A program made the position numbers and the translations under genes. This document shows positions 12,201 to 26,337 of a DNA stretch of 64,000 bases, piece by piece. This DNA comes from Balanoglossus misakiensis (taxonomy: Eukaryota > Animalia > Hemichordata), in NCBI GenBank assembly GCA_040954595.2, contig CM082584.2, forward strand, positions 9,067,146-9,131,145, in the 5' to 3' direction. Numbering within the stretch: the stretch's first letter is position 1; each line of letters opens with the position of its first letter. The notes under the pieces are model-generated. The model had not been told where the DNA came from, did no database searches, and saw nothing but the letters and a program-made list of their open reading frames with translations.

Positions 12201-13283
12201 CAATGACCTTGAGGTCAGACAAAATTTGCATATCAATTGTCTAATTACTTCTAAATACATAATTGACTCCCTAACAAACTGCAAAATGTCAATTGTTTCG
12301 GAGGGAGTACATCATGCAGTGATTGCACCAAGACCTTGCACTTCTCTCAGCATGGTTCATTTTCGACGCTTAAAATTGCGCGTCTAATTAAAAAACTAAT
12401 TGTACAGTTAATAATGTATACTCAAAACCTCCAACTTAATTTTGGAGACATTGTTAGTCAATGACACGTAAATATTACATTAAACACAATTGGAACTATT
12501 TTGAGATAATTGCATGGAAAGAAACTGTGTAAAATGTCAGCTTTATGAAATACTTGAAATATCAGTGTGGGTATTGAGATGATTAAATCATCAGCTTGTG
12601 TCCTTGTGAAGATTTAAGTACCAGTTATTCAGGTTTGCTGTTCTTTAAATTCTTCAGGTCTGTGAAAACAAAACAGAAAAAAGGCAAAGATAAAGGTCGA
12701 GGAGCAGAAAAACCCAACACACAAACAGGTCACATGACACAGGTATGTACACATCAAAAATGTGTTATTGAACATGAATGCTAAAAGAAGGCTTTGATTT
12801 CAAAGGAAGAAAGAAAAATCATCAAATAAATGTTCTTTTTTCTTAACTGTTAAGTCTTCAAAATAACCACATAAAATTACAAGCCTAAAATAAGCTGTAT
12901 TGTTATCAATGTCATGTATGTCCCAGCGTGTGTAATTCTGGTAGCAATTTGTTTTTTCAAGGGCATTGTTAGATAAGAAAGCAATACTAAAAACATTTAA
13001 CATAATTACAGTAGTTTCCTTTTAATTGTGATTTATCAGAATTTGGAAAAAAATTGCCTGTGTCTTAATATGAATTTACATTTTGTGTTGTTTTCTTTTT
13101 GAACAGGGCGGATCTATTGACCAGCCATCAACTATATGTAATATTTGTAAGGGAGAGTTTTCATCCAGAAATAAATTGTTTGATCACATCAAGAAAACAG
13201 GACATGCAGTGCGTATTGAGCCAGGCTCTGCAAAGACTCTAACAAATGAAACCAAAAGTAAAAAGAAAGGAAAGAAAAGGTGA
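9248..13283 (+). CDS. DNAJC21: DnaJ homolog subfamily C member 21 (J domain, DBINO-like region, two C2H2 zinc fingers)
   Basis: Exons 9248-9344, 9467-9595, 9728-9813, 9929-10063, 10200-10373, 10488-10538, 10670-10749, 10864-10982, 11122-11206, 11362-11592, 11743-11812, 11947-12119, 12658-12742, 13107-13283, all [14 protein letters not shown]...ALKWHP|DKN (HPD motif), [44 protein letters not shown]...[31 protein letters not shown]. Confidence 0.95.
11241..11330. mobile_element. Truncated pogo/Tigger-like MITE remnant in DNAJC21 intron
   Basis: TA followed by CAGTCAAACCTG, similar to the TIR of the element at 48012; right TIR not recognisable, so the end coordinate is approximate. Confidence 0.35.
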
Positions 13284-14413
13284 TCGCGGGGAAAGTGATT
13301 AATAATCTCGTCACTTGATGATTTTAATAGTTTGACAATTTTCGAATGTTGGCATATGTGTGAATCCATTTCAACTTTTGTGTTGTATTTTGGAATGACG
13401 GATTAAATCCAGACTAGATAATAAAATAAAGCCACTCTGTCCATTACAAACTGTCTCTCTGTGGTCTCTTACCTTCACCACGTAGTTAGAAAAAGATACC
13501 TTGTGTCCACATGTTGAGATGACTGATAAACTTGTTGCTAGTGAAGTCAGAATACATTAGGGAAGTTTCTTTTCAACAATATAAAGTTTCAGGATCCCTG
13601 ATCTCCCATCAACTATTTCCAAAACACTGAGGCGCCCCCCACCCCCACCCCCACGAAAATGACCATTCCCTATAGCACTGGATTTGTTTAAATAAGACTT
13701 GAGAACAGTATCTGTGAAATCTTGAATTTTCTTATACACTGGACATATAGCTTCAGAAACCTTAACTTAATTTAAACTTATATTTTCAATGGATTTGTTT
13801 TGAATGAAAGATTTACTATACAGAGAGAAATTATCGGTACCTGACAAAACGTTAATCTATTTAACCCACCCAATCAAAATGGTTCGTCCCTTTCATTATG
13901 GCACCGTCTTCGGGTGGAAAGCGAGGGATGTCGAAGATTACCGAACCTTATGCTACTATACTCTCTACTGGACATGCGCACATTTCTGTTAAAAACAACA
14001 CTGCAACACTTGCACTGCGACTTGTGAATGAATAGGAAGGAGGGTGAGTTTCTCTAACAACGTACAAAATTTAATTTCCTCTCTCATCTTCGGGTTAATA
14101 TTCATAACATATCATTCATTGCTGTATCGTCGCGTTAGCGGAGATACTGTGGGGTTTGGGGTCAGCGATCTGCAATATCTGATAAAAAATGTGTTGTTTG
14201 TTTTGCTTGCCGCCCGACCAACAGTACATGTACCAGCTGCTGCATGCGCGCAGCTTGTGTGATGTCAGTGTTGATGTCCAATAATGCAACGAAGTTTATT
14301 CTGTTGTATGTTGTTTGCTTAAAAGGCACAGTTTTTAATCATTCGTTCCAATTCTGTGTGTTTCTTTCACACCTGATAGAGATAAAGTTTTATCGCCATG
14401 ACCTTGGCGATTG

Positions 14414-14470
14414 TACATCATCTGCAACATGCATCTTGTACGTTACATCATCAGCAACATGCATCTTGTA
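14414..14470 (+). repeat. Two-copy 30-bp direct repeat
   Basis: TACATCATCTGCAACATGCATCTTGTACGT followed by TACATCATCAGCAACATGCATCTTGTA. Confidence 0.85.
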
Positions 14471-17400
14471 GGTGGTGCAATGCTTGTAGTGGATGCTGCG
14501 ATGTAGTTGATTCCACACACCGTGGTTGAATTGACAAGCTACCACCTAGTGTATCTTGCTTCGGGACACAGGCGCATAAACAGAGATTTTTTTTAGGGTG
14601 GGGTCTGTTGGTCAGTGCAGTGAGTAAGCAGAAATTGTGTAATAATAGCCGAGTGGTCACTGGTTGTGTGTTATGGTTTGCAGTTACCGGTCCCCGCAGC
14701 CCTGCCCAGCAGTGGACCCGCAGCTAGCCAGTGCAGCAGTGTCTTTTTGCATATAGTATGTTTTACACGAGAAATATGAGGGTTGTGTCTGAGTAAATTT
14801 ATATGCTGTGCAGCCACAAATTATTTTTAGTCAGTTTACTTTTATGTTCAGTGGTGAATTAAATACATAAATTATAATACGGGATTTAAAAAAAACTGCA
14901 TTTGCATGTGTAAGTATTAAGGCCCCCTGAATCACTCATGGCCATATGTAAATAACACTATTGACAGAGTTGAATGTTAATTTAATGCCAGTAGTATGAT
15001 CGATTTTATGTGTATTGTATGGCCTCCTCAGTTGTCAACTGCACTGTTTGCAGCAGTTACTCAGCATTTTGTGAATCAACATTTGTACAACCCGTGGTCT
15101 CCCATTGCAGTGTCAGACATATTTTCCAAATTTTATTTGAAGATCATACGAAATCGAACCCAACGAGAAAATTTTGATTTTACACTCTCACTAGTCCATT
15201 TCAATATTCTGATTGCTAGGTGTTAGATTCTCTGGTGAATACCGTGTAAATTATTTACCCGTAAGTGCTGTAATGTAATTAAGTTCATTAATATACAGCC
15301 ATTACACTGTGCATCCGTGTGTGTGAATTTCAGTGTCAAAACGTATAATGTTTTGCAGGGTGTGAAGTTTCCCGGAGAACTTTTCTCATAACCTTGGTCC
15401 ATTGTTATGCCACTTTTGTTCACTCTTTCGAAAAGAAACATTGAACATGTGATAAGTGTTTGGTTGAAGTATAGCTAACTTGTCAAACTGGAATTTGTCC
15501 ATCTTGAAAGCGGATTTAAACATGATAATCCTCTGTCAACATCAACTCCCCTAGAACATGTAGAAATGTACACTGATTGTGTTCAACTTCAAGTCCAGAC
15601 TTGAATGTGATTGTCAACATTACAGTGAAATGGTGATTGTACAGAAATACACAATTTATTGTAAAACAGGAAACTGGACATTTTGGTATTCATGTCAAAG
15701 ATAGGCAGAAGTTACTGAGATTGTTTAAATATTATGCCCGGTACATTTTTTAAATATTAATATATATTGCATCATGGACATTTTTGTAGCACAATGAAAG
15801 AAGGAGCTATTTTTGCGAGGAAGAAAATTTATGCCACTGCATATTAACACATTATTACCTTGGTAATGTGTAATTTTCAACAACAATCAAGTTCATTTTC
15901 TCAAGGGAATGCCTGCTAATTGATGCAGATTTTTCATTAGCAATTATTCAAGCGTCAGACACACCACAGTCACTCACTGTGTGGAGTGACTGTGACTGTC
16001 GACAAACTACTGAGCTCATGAATGGGCCATTTTCACATCATAAAAAATGCAAGTCTGGACAAAAGCTCTTTAAACACGTCTGATCCAAGTGTGATTGATC
16101 AGGTGCAGGTTTTTAGCACGTGAAACAGGTTTATGGAAATCAGAGGGCAGGGTTTACCAAATTGCATCTTGTTTAGGGCTAGAAATAACTTATTAGGGCT
16201 ATAAATAACTAGTTCAGATATTTAGTTTTATGAAGATGTGTTTGCGGGGGTTATCCTGTGAGCTTCAACGAGAAATATGCTTTTTAAAACAATTACGCCG
16301 GTAACATACAATGTAACTGTAGTGTTAGAAGTATGATTTCACTGAAAATATTCCGAAGTTGAAGGAATTGTTTGGGTTGAGCAAGTAAGCAGTAAGGCAG
16401 ATTACCCACTGGCATTCCTGTACATGGAGAGTAAAAAAAAATTTGTACAGTACTTTCCATAATTAGCACCCGAGGCACGAGGTTACTCAGTACCTGTCTG
16501 TGCCAGGCAGACTGAAATAATTTCATGCCAGGTCACATGATCCTTTTAGAGGAACAATACAGTGTTTCGTCCGACTTCAATGCGCATTGTTATCTCAGTC
16601 TGCCTTTTGATGACTCAACTTGGGAATTTATAGAAAAGTTTTTGCATTATCAGTTTCACCAATAAGGCCTAGAGGGCAGGGTGGTTGTTACCGTGGGAAT
16701 AAAATACAACTGGGCCTGGCCCATTTACTGTTTGTTATTAGGTTGGAACTCTGCTTCACCCAAAATGTTTGGCACTTTTTAATACATTTTTTGTGTCACT
16801 CAAAACAAAAATATTTGACATTGTGAAGCTAACTTGAAAATCTGACTGTGGTGTACAACATGCTCCATCCATGTGTTAATTTTCTTTCAGTTCCTCTCAG
16901 ACACAGTAATCTAAACTCTATCTTCGAATCCCAGGTTATTTTTGACTAGAAACATGTCAACACTTTCTGATATTTCAAAAATACAGGAACAGTGAAAGGA
17001 AGCACATTTTCTTCGGTGTAATGATATACTATCTCATTTTTAAAAAATTCATTCTCAAATATCACTTGTGTTTTTTGACCAAAAATATTTCAACGTAAAT
17101 GTTGTCAAAATGTGTGTTCAAAGGAGGAAGTGGTTAAAATGTACCTGCATGTGTTTCAAATGTTTTCCTTTTTGGTGTTGGTGGTTGCAAAATGCAGAGA
17201 ACGCTTGTGATAGATATTAATATTACTGTACGGTACCAGATGTTTAAATTGTATTATTCACAAGTCTGTATTTAGCTACCAATATTTCATTGTTACTGGC
17301 AGTGATGTGCTGTTGGATAAAATTCCACATGGTAGTTCTTATATTTTTAGGCTATGTTAATTAGCTACATAAATTAAATCGGTCAAACTGCCATGGTATG

Positions 17401-17688
17401 TATTTAATTAAACACAGGCAAAATGTGTAGAATCTATCAACACTATGCCAAGTAAGTGTGGTATGTGCTTTGGATTGAACACAGCCATCGCATATATTAT
17501 TGACCGTAAATATGCTGTAATTGAATTGCTTTTTTTTTACTGTGGTAGAATTTATCGGTATACCCGTATAGGGGTCCAATTGAAGAAATTTATTCATTTC
17601 AAAGATGATGATTGCCTGATTAACATTAAAAGTATAATTCACATTTGTATGATGTCTGTTGGATTTCACAGGTCACCACTAAGTCACC

Positions 17689-20600
17689 ATGCTGAGGTCT
17701 TCGCTTCTATTCCTGACGTGTTTGGGGTTTGTGTCCAGCTACCCCTCTGGACCTCCGACGTCCGTCTGTTTAAGCATGTTTCCCGGGCACGGAGTACCTG
17801 CTCAGACAACAGCATCTCCATACTCTATTACTGTCACCAATACTTCCTACAGTGCTGGAGACACTATCGAGGGTATGTATCAATGATGAAAAAATAATAT
17901 TCTGATTTGTTAAAAGTTAGGTGTCAATAGCAACTTTGGTTGCAGGCATTGTAAAATGGGAAATAACCACATACCCATGTATTTAAAAACTATATCTTGA
18001 CAGTGACATTGTCAACAAGTGCTGGTGATATCCGTGGGTACATGTTGCAAGCCAGAAGAGCCGACTGGTCAGCTGACCAGGATGAACCAATCGGATCATT
18101 CCAAGATTTGCCAAGTGGAGGAAATGCCCAGTTTATAGAATGTTCCAATGCAGATGTAAGTTTATGATTACATTACTTTTTTTTTAATAATCCAAATGTT
18201 TGGTCTTGAAAAACTGGGAAGAATCTTGATATTTCAAAATGGCTGCTGAGCAAGTTGGGTGTTACCACAGTGACATCTGACCTGTGGTATTCTGCTTGAA
18301 GGATGAACTCAAGTTGTACTGTGGCTGTCAGGTTTTTATATTTAGACATTCTGAACATCAAAGAAAACATAAATTTGCTCTAAAATTTTTATTTTTGTCG
18401 TTTTATATTATGTAGGATACATTTGCTCACAGTAGCGCTGCTACAGCTGTGTCATCTCTGACCGTCACCTGGGTTGCACCGTCTCCATCTGATGGCCACA
18501 TCAGGTTTAGGTGAGGATGGAATACTTTGACTTCAGTTGTACTGAACACTATTGATTCAGCCTTGCTGCAGATTAGTTCACCCAAGTCTTCAAACACATT
18601 TTACCTCAGAAAACAGTGGATTAATACCGGTGTCTTCCCGTCTGATTTTCAGAGCTACGGTAGCAGAGGGTAAAGACACGTTTTGGACAGATATTTATTC
18701 TGAGACTGTAGACGATCCCACTGCAGCAACCATAGGACCAACTCCAACACCGCCTAGTGTAAGTCTCAATCCTGTTCTCATTTGCACTGGAGTCTCTCTG
18801 TAATGCAATGCCGGTAATATGGTGGATGAAGTTACGATTAACACCAAGGCCAACCACATACGGTGCAAGGTTTCTGTTGGTTTCGAACTTGGCAGCTATA
18901 TAATCAGTGCATTCACACGCATTGTCAAGATGCATGTGAACATACACACCCCTGTAGTGAGGTTAGATCACATAGAACAGTTGTTAAGATTTGCCCGCCT
19001 GTCATCACTATGAAAAATGATCCCTACAATGCATTGCTTAGTAGTATCAAATTGAGAACTTGTGAAATGCCTGTATACTGAGTGTAAGTGGTTTCTTTGT
19101 GATAGGGTGTAACCGGACCTTCTGATCTGGTGACAACTAGTGGTTGTGGAACTACAAAAGGTTGTTATGCTGATCCCGTCGGCTGCTCCGACAAAGATGA
19201 CTGTACTACCCTCATAACATGGAGAGAGGATGGCGATGATGTCGTCTTTCAAATGTTAGGACGAATGGCTTCAGGGAATGAATATATTGCCATTGGGTTT
19301 TCAAGGGATCAGTCAATGGTAGGTACCGGAACTTGCCTGTCTAACTTTGTCTTTGTCTGTCAAATGAACGACAACCTGTATTTGAGTGGCCGCCTGTGCA
19401 GAACAAAGTATTATAGTGCAGTTTCACTCTATTTCTCGTATAGGGAGATGATGATGTTTGGGCCTGCGTGAATGATGGCGGTTCAGTTGTCTTGGATCAC
19501 TCAAACAATGTTGGAAGAAGTAATGTCCGAGATACTCTGGTGAGTTTTGCAACTCAATCATCGAGGATAACGCTGAACAACTTTGATCGTGACTTTGATC
19601 TCAGTATCTTTACCAAATATGTTTGGACAGGTGAACAAAGATATGGCCTGCCGTTATCTAGAGTGCTTCCAATTCTCATTGTTGATATTTTTTAACTGTA
19701 GGATGACTCCTCTGCACTGTCTGGGTCGTATGTAGACAGCGTAATACAGTGTCAGTTTACACGCAAGAAAGCTTCGTCGACCAGCCGAAGGAAGAGAGCT
19801 AGTAATGTCTTCTTTGATCTCAACGATCGGTACTACTTGTTCATCGCAAGTGGTCCTAAAGTTCCAGTGGCAACACGTAAGTGATTGATTTCAACATCTG
19901 GGATCTCTTGTCAGAGATCCCTAAATGGTGTATTTATTCGTGTAATTCAAAAGTTTGTCTCTGCAGTGTAAAACCATCACAGCATATGACAAAAAGATAC
20001 CCATGTTACTTGAACCCTTTCACCACCATGGTTCAGTCCAATCCCATTATCTCATTAGTTGCAATCCTCTCTTCCTTTTGATTTGAGCAGCCAGGGCTGA
20101 TGGCTACCATTCTGTAAATTGTCTCTGTGAACTGAATCGTACACTGGCCTCGCTTCCTTATAAATCCACCAGTAAGGTCAAATGGGTTTTAAATGCCAGT
20201 ATGCTGCATATGAGGCTACAGTGCCCCATTATCTCCATCCACCCAACACAAAGCTGACAGCAGATTTAACCTTGTAAGACCCATGCCTCTATTGTTGCAG
20301 TAGAAAAGTGCTGTTTCACATCCCCAGGGCCTAAGTCATCTCTTTAACATACCCATTGTATAACATGGTTGTTTCCTTTACAGCTTTCATTGGCAAACAC
20401 AGTTCACTTCCTATCATATCTAGCAGTAAGATAGATTTTACCAGCGATGACGTGGTGACAGGAACTGCAGGATCTCATCCCATGCTGAAGGCACATGGTA
20501 AGTTGATCCTACATAGAACTATTATCAATTCTCTGGTGAACATTCCTAGAATGATCAAATGAATCCGTTTTGGAGAACTTGAGAAGACATTGTTAATATT

Positions 20601-23184
20601 TTAAACCTCATAAAGTACGTGTACCTATTCTGAGGATATTTTTTTTAATTTCTTATTTCGTTCTTTTAATAGCATCTTTGATGGTGTTTGCTTGGATCGG
20701 ACTGACTACCACGGGTATCATCATTGCTAAGTTCTTCAAAGAAATGTGGCCCAACTCTACACTTGGAGGTCAAAAAGTCTGGTTCACAGTAAGTATGGTC
20801 TTTTGTTCTTGATTGCATGTGTGTCATGTGCATTAGCCAAATATATGAATGTACACTTTGTTGGGAGCGATAGACTACATATTCAGTTCCGCTAACACGG
20901 GAAGTGGTTCGGATAATTCACGTACTACATTAAACCACGTGTTTTCATTTTCTTCACAGCTCCATAGAAGTATTATGGTGCTGAATGTCTTATGTTTCTG
21001 CACTGCGTTTGTCCTGATCTTCATTCATGTTGGAGGATTTGTCACATCAGATGTAAGTTGGAGCAACAAATAAGATGATTGTGAATGATAGTCAGAGCAG
21101 TGGTTTCAGTGTGTCCATTGGATGTTCCAAGTACTTGCAAAAATCTCACTGATTCCTTTATTATTAAGCCAAGTACAGCTCTAATGTACTAGTATTCATG
21201 TATTGTGTATTGCAGGCGTATGCCCATGCTATATGTGGTATCCTAGCGACATGTTTCGGAATCGCCAACCCAATAATGGCAGTCTTCAGACCCCATCCTG
21301 GTACTCCCAAGTAAGTACGACTGACATCATTCAAGCAAATCCACTCTTTTGCTATAATCCCATCTTATTTCAGCTGCTTATAACATTTAAAGTCTGTGAA
21401 CGACGTACAGAACTTAATCTTACTGTGTTGTTTTTTTCAGACGTCCGATTTTCAATTGGGGTCATTTGGCTGTAGGAAATATAGCATATGGCCTTGCGGG
21501 TAAGTTCTCACAATTTTCTGACATAGCCAGGTCAAATCAATCATATTAATTAGGCACCATTCCATTCAACTCCCAGAGGAGAAAACAACAGCTCATATGT
21601 GCATCAAAACCCACAACCGTTTGATCATGAGTCCCATACTCAAACCGCTGGACTATGATGAAAGCGTTCAAAGTGGGATCATTTTCTTGTGAAATTCGTC
21701 AAAGTGAATGTTCATCTCTTTCTTTTGTTGACAGTTGCCTCAGTGTTCATTGGAATGGACTTGCCTGCCTTAGATCTCCCACAGTACACTACATGGGTTT
21801 TGATAGCGTTCCTGATCTTCAATGCAATAATTCAGATATTGTTAGGAGTCTCTCAATACAACAGCAACAAGAAATGTAAGTAGGATTAATAGTGGTGTAC
21901 AGCCATGTTAAGTTGTACAGGTATTTCATTTGATTTGATGGATCACAAAAGTTATATTATATCAGTGTGACATGGCCACAAATACATTTTTGTGATTGGT
22001 TGAGAGCCTGTTTTAATTTATGCAAGCCATGGTTAAAAAGATCATAATGCACTGTTATATTTGCTGTACAAAACAGTAGCATTTTTCATCACTGTGAGTG
22101 TTAGATTTGAATCGGTTTCATCTCAGTATTTGCCATACATCCTGTGGCAGACTTCCTGCATCCATTTATGGGTTGTTACGCTTTGAAGCACCAGTCTTCT
22201 TATCAACAGGAATGCTGACTCAGTTACCCCTGCTTGTAGAGTCTACTGGTATCGGTTAGTTTGTGGCCTTCACTGGTGACAATATGGTCCCGATGCACGC
22301 ACTGCTATTTTCTAATCATATACCAGCATGGATTTGTTAGTGCCAATGTCTGTTTGAATTCAATGTTCAGTACATGTACTTGAATTGTCTTTTTTGGTGG
22401 TTTGACAGCCAAAACCGAACACACACCAATGAAACAGTATGGAACGGACGGACCTCCTGAAGAAGGAAAAATGGAAGAAGAGCCAACAACAAAGCCTGAT
22501 CCTCCTGTAAGTCAAGAATTTGTTTCTCTTTGTAAAATCTCTCGGCATACCACAGATGGTGCGACTATTCTGTGCATCCGTCTGTCAATCGACTGAATTT
22601 TTTATCCAGACCAGCTTTTGTACTGCATTGAGCATGTGTAGAATATATCCTTGTTTTGAGGTTCACTTTGACATTCCATGGATAATGACATTTTTTTCCC
22701 AGGGAATACTAGACCGATAGCATGCCACAAAATTAATTTAGCCAGATACCCCGGAGAGAAACGATTTCCAGGAAATTACTAAGGCTTTTGCTATACACTC
22801 CAGTATTACGCAACAGTTGGAATAAATTAAGGCATCAGATCTTTCTGGTTATGTGTAAAACCATATGGGATACCTAGTGATATGGGCTATAAATTGCTTC
22901 ATGTATGTTATGATACTGGATGATCCCTTGAGTTGAGCATCTGGAGGTATACTCGGTACTCACCAAGTGGTAAAATAAAAGTATTTCTTTTATCGTGGAT
23001 AGAGGGCGCACCTGCAGAAAGGTTTCCCACAGAGTTGTATGCACTGATAGATTAACCGTCTTCCATTTTCCATGCATTTGCCTTCACATAGGATGCCTTG
23101 ATTCGCATGTCATTACTTGGAGGGTACATCTTTGTGACAGTGGCCGTGGTCCTGATGCTGATAATTGTTATTGCTCTGCACTAA
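17689..23184 (+). CDS. FRRS1: Ferric-chelate reductase 1-like (signal peptide, Reeler, DOMON, cytochrome b561, C-terminal TM)
   Basis: Exons 17689-17872, 18004-18155, 18416-18510, 18653-18758, 19106-19318, 19444-19539, 19702-19876, 20384-20497, 20673-20788, 20960-21052, 21216-21310, 21441-21499, 21735-21875, 22409-22506, 23092-23184. Signal peptide then YPSGPP..CLSMFPGH, RGYMLQAR, VTWVAP, FRATV..KDTFW (Reeler); GCGTTKGC, YIAIGFSRDQSMGDDDV (DOMON); LKAHASLMVFAW, WFTLHRSIM, AHAICG, QPIMAVFRPHPG, FNWGHLAVG (b561 heme His residues). A 5'UTR exon probably ends at 14043 (GAGG|GTGAGT), with acceptor at 17671. Confidence 0.9.
20015..20050 (+). mobile_element. Left-arm fragment of the TTAA (piggyBac-like) MITE family
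   Basis: CCCTTTCACCACCATGGTTCAGTCCAATCCCATT is near-identical to the left part of 38251-38335. Confidence 0.65.
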
Positions 23185-24675
23185 TAACAGTTACCGGTAA
23201 GATCAAGTCATTTGATTTTTCAGCTGTAGTCTCTTTGACTAAAGGATGTACTGTCATTCTTTATTATTTAATGTTGTGAATCATTGGTTTTATTTTGGAG
23301 AATGTTTAGTAAATTTAATTTTGCCGGAGTACTGGTCGAGTTTACCTGCGAGAATCGATAGAGTGTTGGTCTCTATGCAGTCTAAAAACACTCCAAGTTG
23401 AAAATGATCACCACCATCTCTTTCATTTTTCAGATTTGATGTCGTTGTCTGCATGGCCTGATGTGATTTCAACAGAAGCAAATGAATTGGAACAGCAACC
23501 AAGTAATTAGTTAGACATTAAGTACATGTATACATAATGTAACTGTGGTTTAGAGACATTCAGAGATGATAGTTACTGCAGGTCACTTCAAAATCAGTTG
23601 ATGGCTGCAGCAAATATTCTATGGTTGTCCTCTTTTTTATTTTGTATTATAAACTCAATGAACTATGTACATTCCGTACAACTTTGGCTCTGAAATCTTT
23701 TCTTACGGACACCTTTCTAATCAGGATATCTTTTTGATGAGGATTAATTTTTAAATCTCAAAATGCACAGGTTTAATACAATTTGAATAATGTCATCAAT
23801 GGATGTTTAATATTATCTTTAGGTAGCTTTAGTCACCATGACTGCCTTATGGCATATTTTCCATGACAGTAGGTCTTTACACATCTCAGGCATTTACAAA
23901 GGCCAGTAAGCTGGTTATCAACACTGACTGGAAATGTACAGTAAAATAATTGAACATATAAAATACAAGTAATAAATTCGATAACCACCAATACAAAATT
24001 TAAAGATTTTATTGTCAATGTGCCTCTGATTTTTGTACAGTCTGACCAGGATAAGTATTATTAAAATTAGCTTGTGATTTTATAAGACATTGCACAAAAG
24101 AGAACATCAAACTCTAGCAAGGAAATTTTAGGGAAAACACTTTTTTTCCTGGAGTGGTTCTGTTTTGAAAATCTCACTCAAAAGTTTCACATGGTTTTTA
24201 TGATGAATTTTCATGAAATTTTAAATTCTATGTACATTTTATACTCTGCTAGCTGGTAGTGTATAAGACATTGATATGGAGTGTGGTCTGGATTGTGTAG
24301 GACTTGGAGTGTAGAACTTGTGATAAGAATAATGCACTTCACAACATGTTTCATTGGTATAACAGAGATAATATTGTCAGATGTTCATGAATTCACTTCA
24401 GAAATATAGTGACAGTATCGTGGTTGTATTGTTAATGGTACAAATACATAAGATTTATGTTTTGTATTTTTGTAATCAAGAAAACACTCCTGCGACCATT
24501 ATTGTACATTCTCATTAATAAAATAGATTGCAGTTTCTTGCAAGGATGTGGTCAGTTCATACAAGTCAGCACAACATTTGAAAACTGCAGTTTAGTGTTA
24601 TCACTGATTAGGACTGCATTTTATGCATCCATATTTTTTGATACTTGAAGCAACAATTGTTTTTATATTTAAACT

Positions 24676-26337
24676 TTAATCTTGGTACAATTTTATAACA
24701 ATGCTGTTCAACTGATTAGTGAAGGATTGAAATGAAAACTTGTCCAGCACTCTCTTGTGCCCCTCTTCACCGAGCCGATCGCGCAATTTTGCGTCTTTGA
24801 CAAATTTGTCCATCTTGGCAGCGAACGCGCCGGCTTCTGGATCGCAGAGATAACCCGTTTTCTGATCAGCGATGGTTTCTAGGGGACCTCCGCTGTTCAC
24901 AGCGATCACCGGCCTCTTAGTGTACATGGCCTCGATGGGAACGATGCCAAAATGCTCGTTGCTCGGTGTGTACAGCAAGCAGTCGCATTTATCGAGGAGA
25001 ATTCTCTTTTCTGAATCGCTGAATGACCTCAAGAAAGTGACGCTGTCGTTGAGGTTCAACTTCTCAACCAGTTCTCGCAGTTCCAAGTAGTGTTCGACGT
25101 TCTCGGTGACTCTGTCGTCGTAACCACCGGCCATCACTAAGTGGACTTTCTTGAAAACTTCATCCGACAGATTTTCTTTCAGTTTCCCTGAGAACAGAAA
25201 CAAAGGTACAAAACAAACCACATATGTTACATCTGATGTATAGCCCAAAATCGGTGTTGCCAAATGTACAGAATTTCACTTTTGTGTTCAGGACAACTTG
25301 GTATGCAGCATTCTCTAGGAAAGATCCTGATGTGATTAAATGAGGGAGGCTAGTATATTTAAGATTAATTAGCATAATTACCAAGCTGATGCGCCCTCTA
25401 CTCACCCATGGCTTCAATGGCCAGTGCCAAGTTTTTTTTCCGTTCGTATCGGTTGATGGATAAGAACATTGTTGAGTAGTTCTGTGGGATCAGGTCGCCT
25501 GCCTCTCCCACTGGTCCATCAAACGCCGCAAAATTCAACGACGGATACAGAACGTCCGGAATTATTCCAGATAGAGATTGGAACGTCATCTTGAATGTCT
25601 GGGCTGCAAAAAGAAGAGAACACGACATTAATTTGTGCGGGGCGCCCTCAACCAACAAGACATGACATGCTTTGTGGATCCCTTTAATCTTACTGACTGC
25701 ACAAGTTCAATGAACTCATTCATTCATTCATTCATAGGTACCTGTAAATTTACTGTTGACAAGCACACAGTCAGCCATGCCTGTAGTCTTCTCTTCCAAC
25801 CAATCTATTGGAGCCCTGTACATCTTCTTCAAGAAGCTGACTCTCTTAGTGAGGAGTTGGTCAGGAAAGTGACAGTAGAATAAAACCTGGAAAAAACAAA
25901 ACACCAATGGTTATTATGTAATAAGGGTGAAGCTGATTTGATATATGAATCAGGAACACGTATCACACCCGGGGGGCACTCTTTACCTTAGCTTTCTTCA
26001 TTTTAAGTATGGGTACACAGGCTGAAATCTGATCACAGATCACCACGTCATAGACCAGTCCACTGAAGGCCACCAAGTACAAGGCGACATACATCATACG
26101 GATATACGCACACATGGCATAGCAATAACCCAGGAAACTCCTTGGAAGCCAGTCGCCGACTGAAGACACGGATAACGTGCCATCTCGGGTCTCCTCGAAA
26201 CAATGGCTGGGGTCATGGTGAGCTGTCAGCATCTCTACGTCGTGGCCTTGTGATTTCAACGCCAAGGCGGCGTCGACGATCAGTCGCTCCGCGCCTCCGA
26301 TGCCCAAATCGGGATGGACGAAGACTACTTTCACCAT
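24676..26337 (-). CDS. ALG2: Alpha-1,3/1,6-mannosyltransferase ALG2 (GT4 family)
   Basis: Exons 25987-26337, 25742-25886, 25406-25603, 24676-25187. [105 protein letters not shown]. Confidence 0.96.

Noticed and set aside
13635-13653. C-rich tract as G-quadruplex (also poly-G at ~40498-40512)
   Set aside because: Only three clear G-runs, or a simple homopolymer; no supporting context.
14690-15120. CAGTG motifs as iron-responsive elements for FRRS1
   Set aside because: Flanks do not form the required 5-bp stem with bulged C, and the region is probably intronic.
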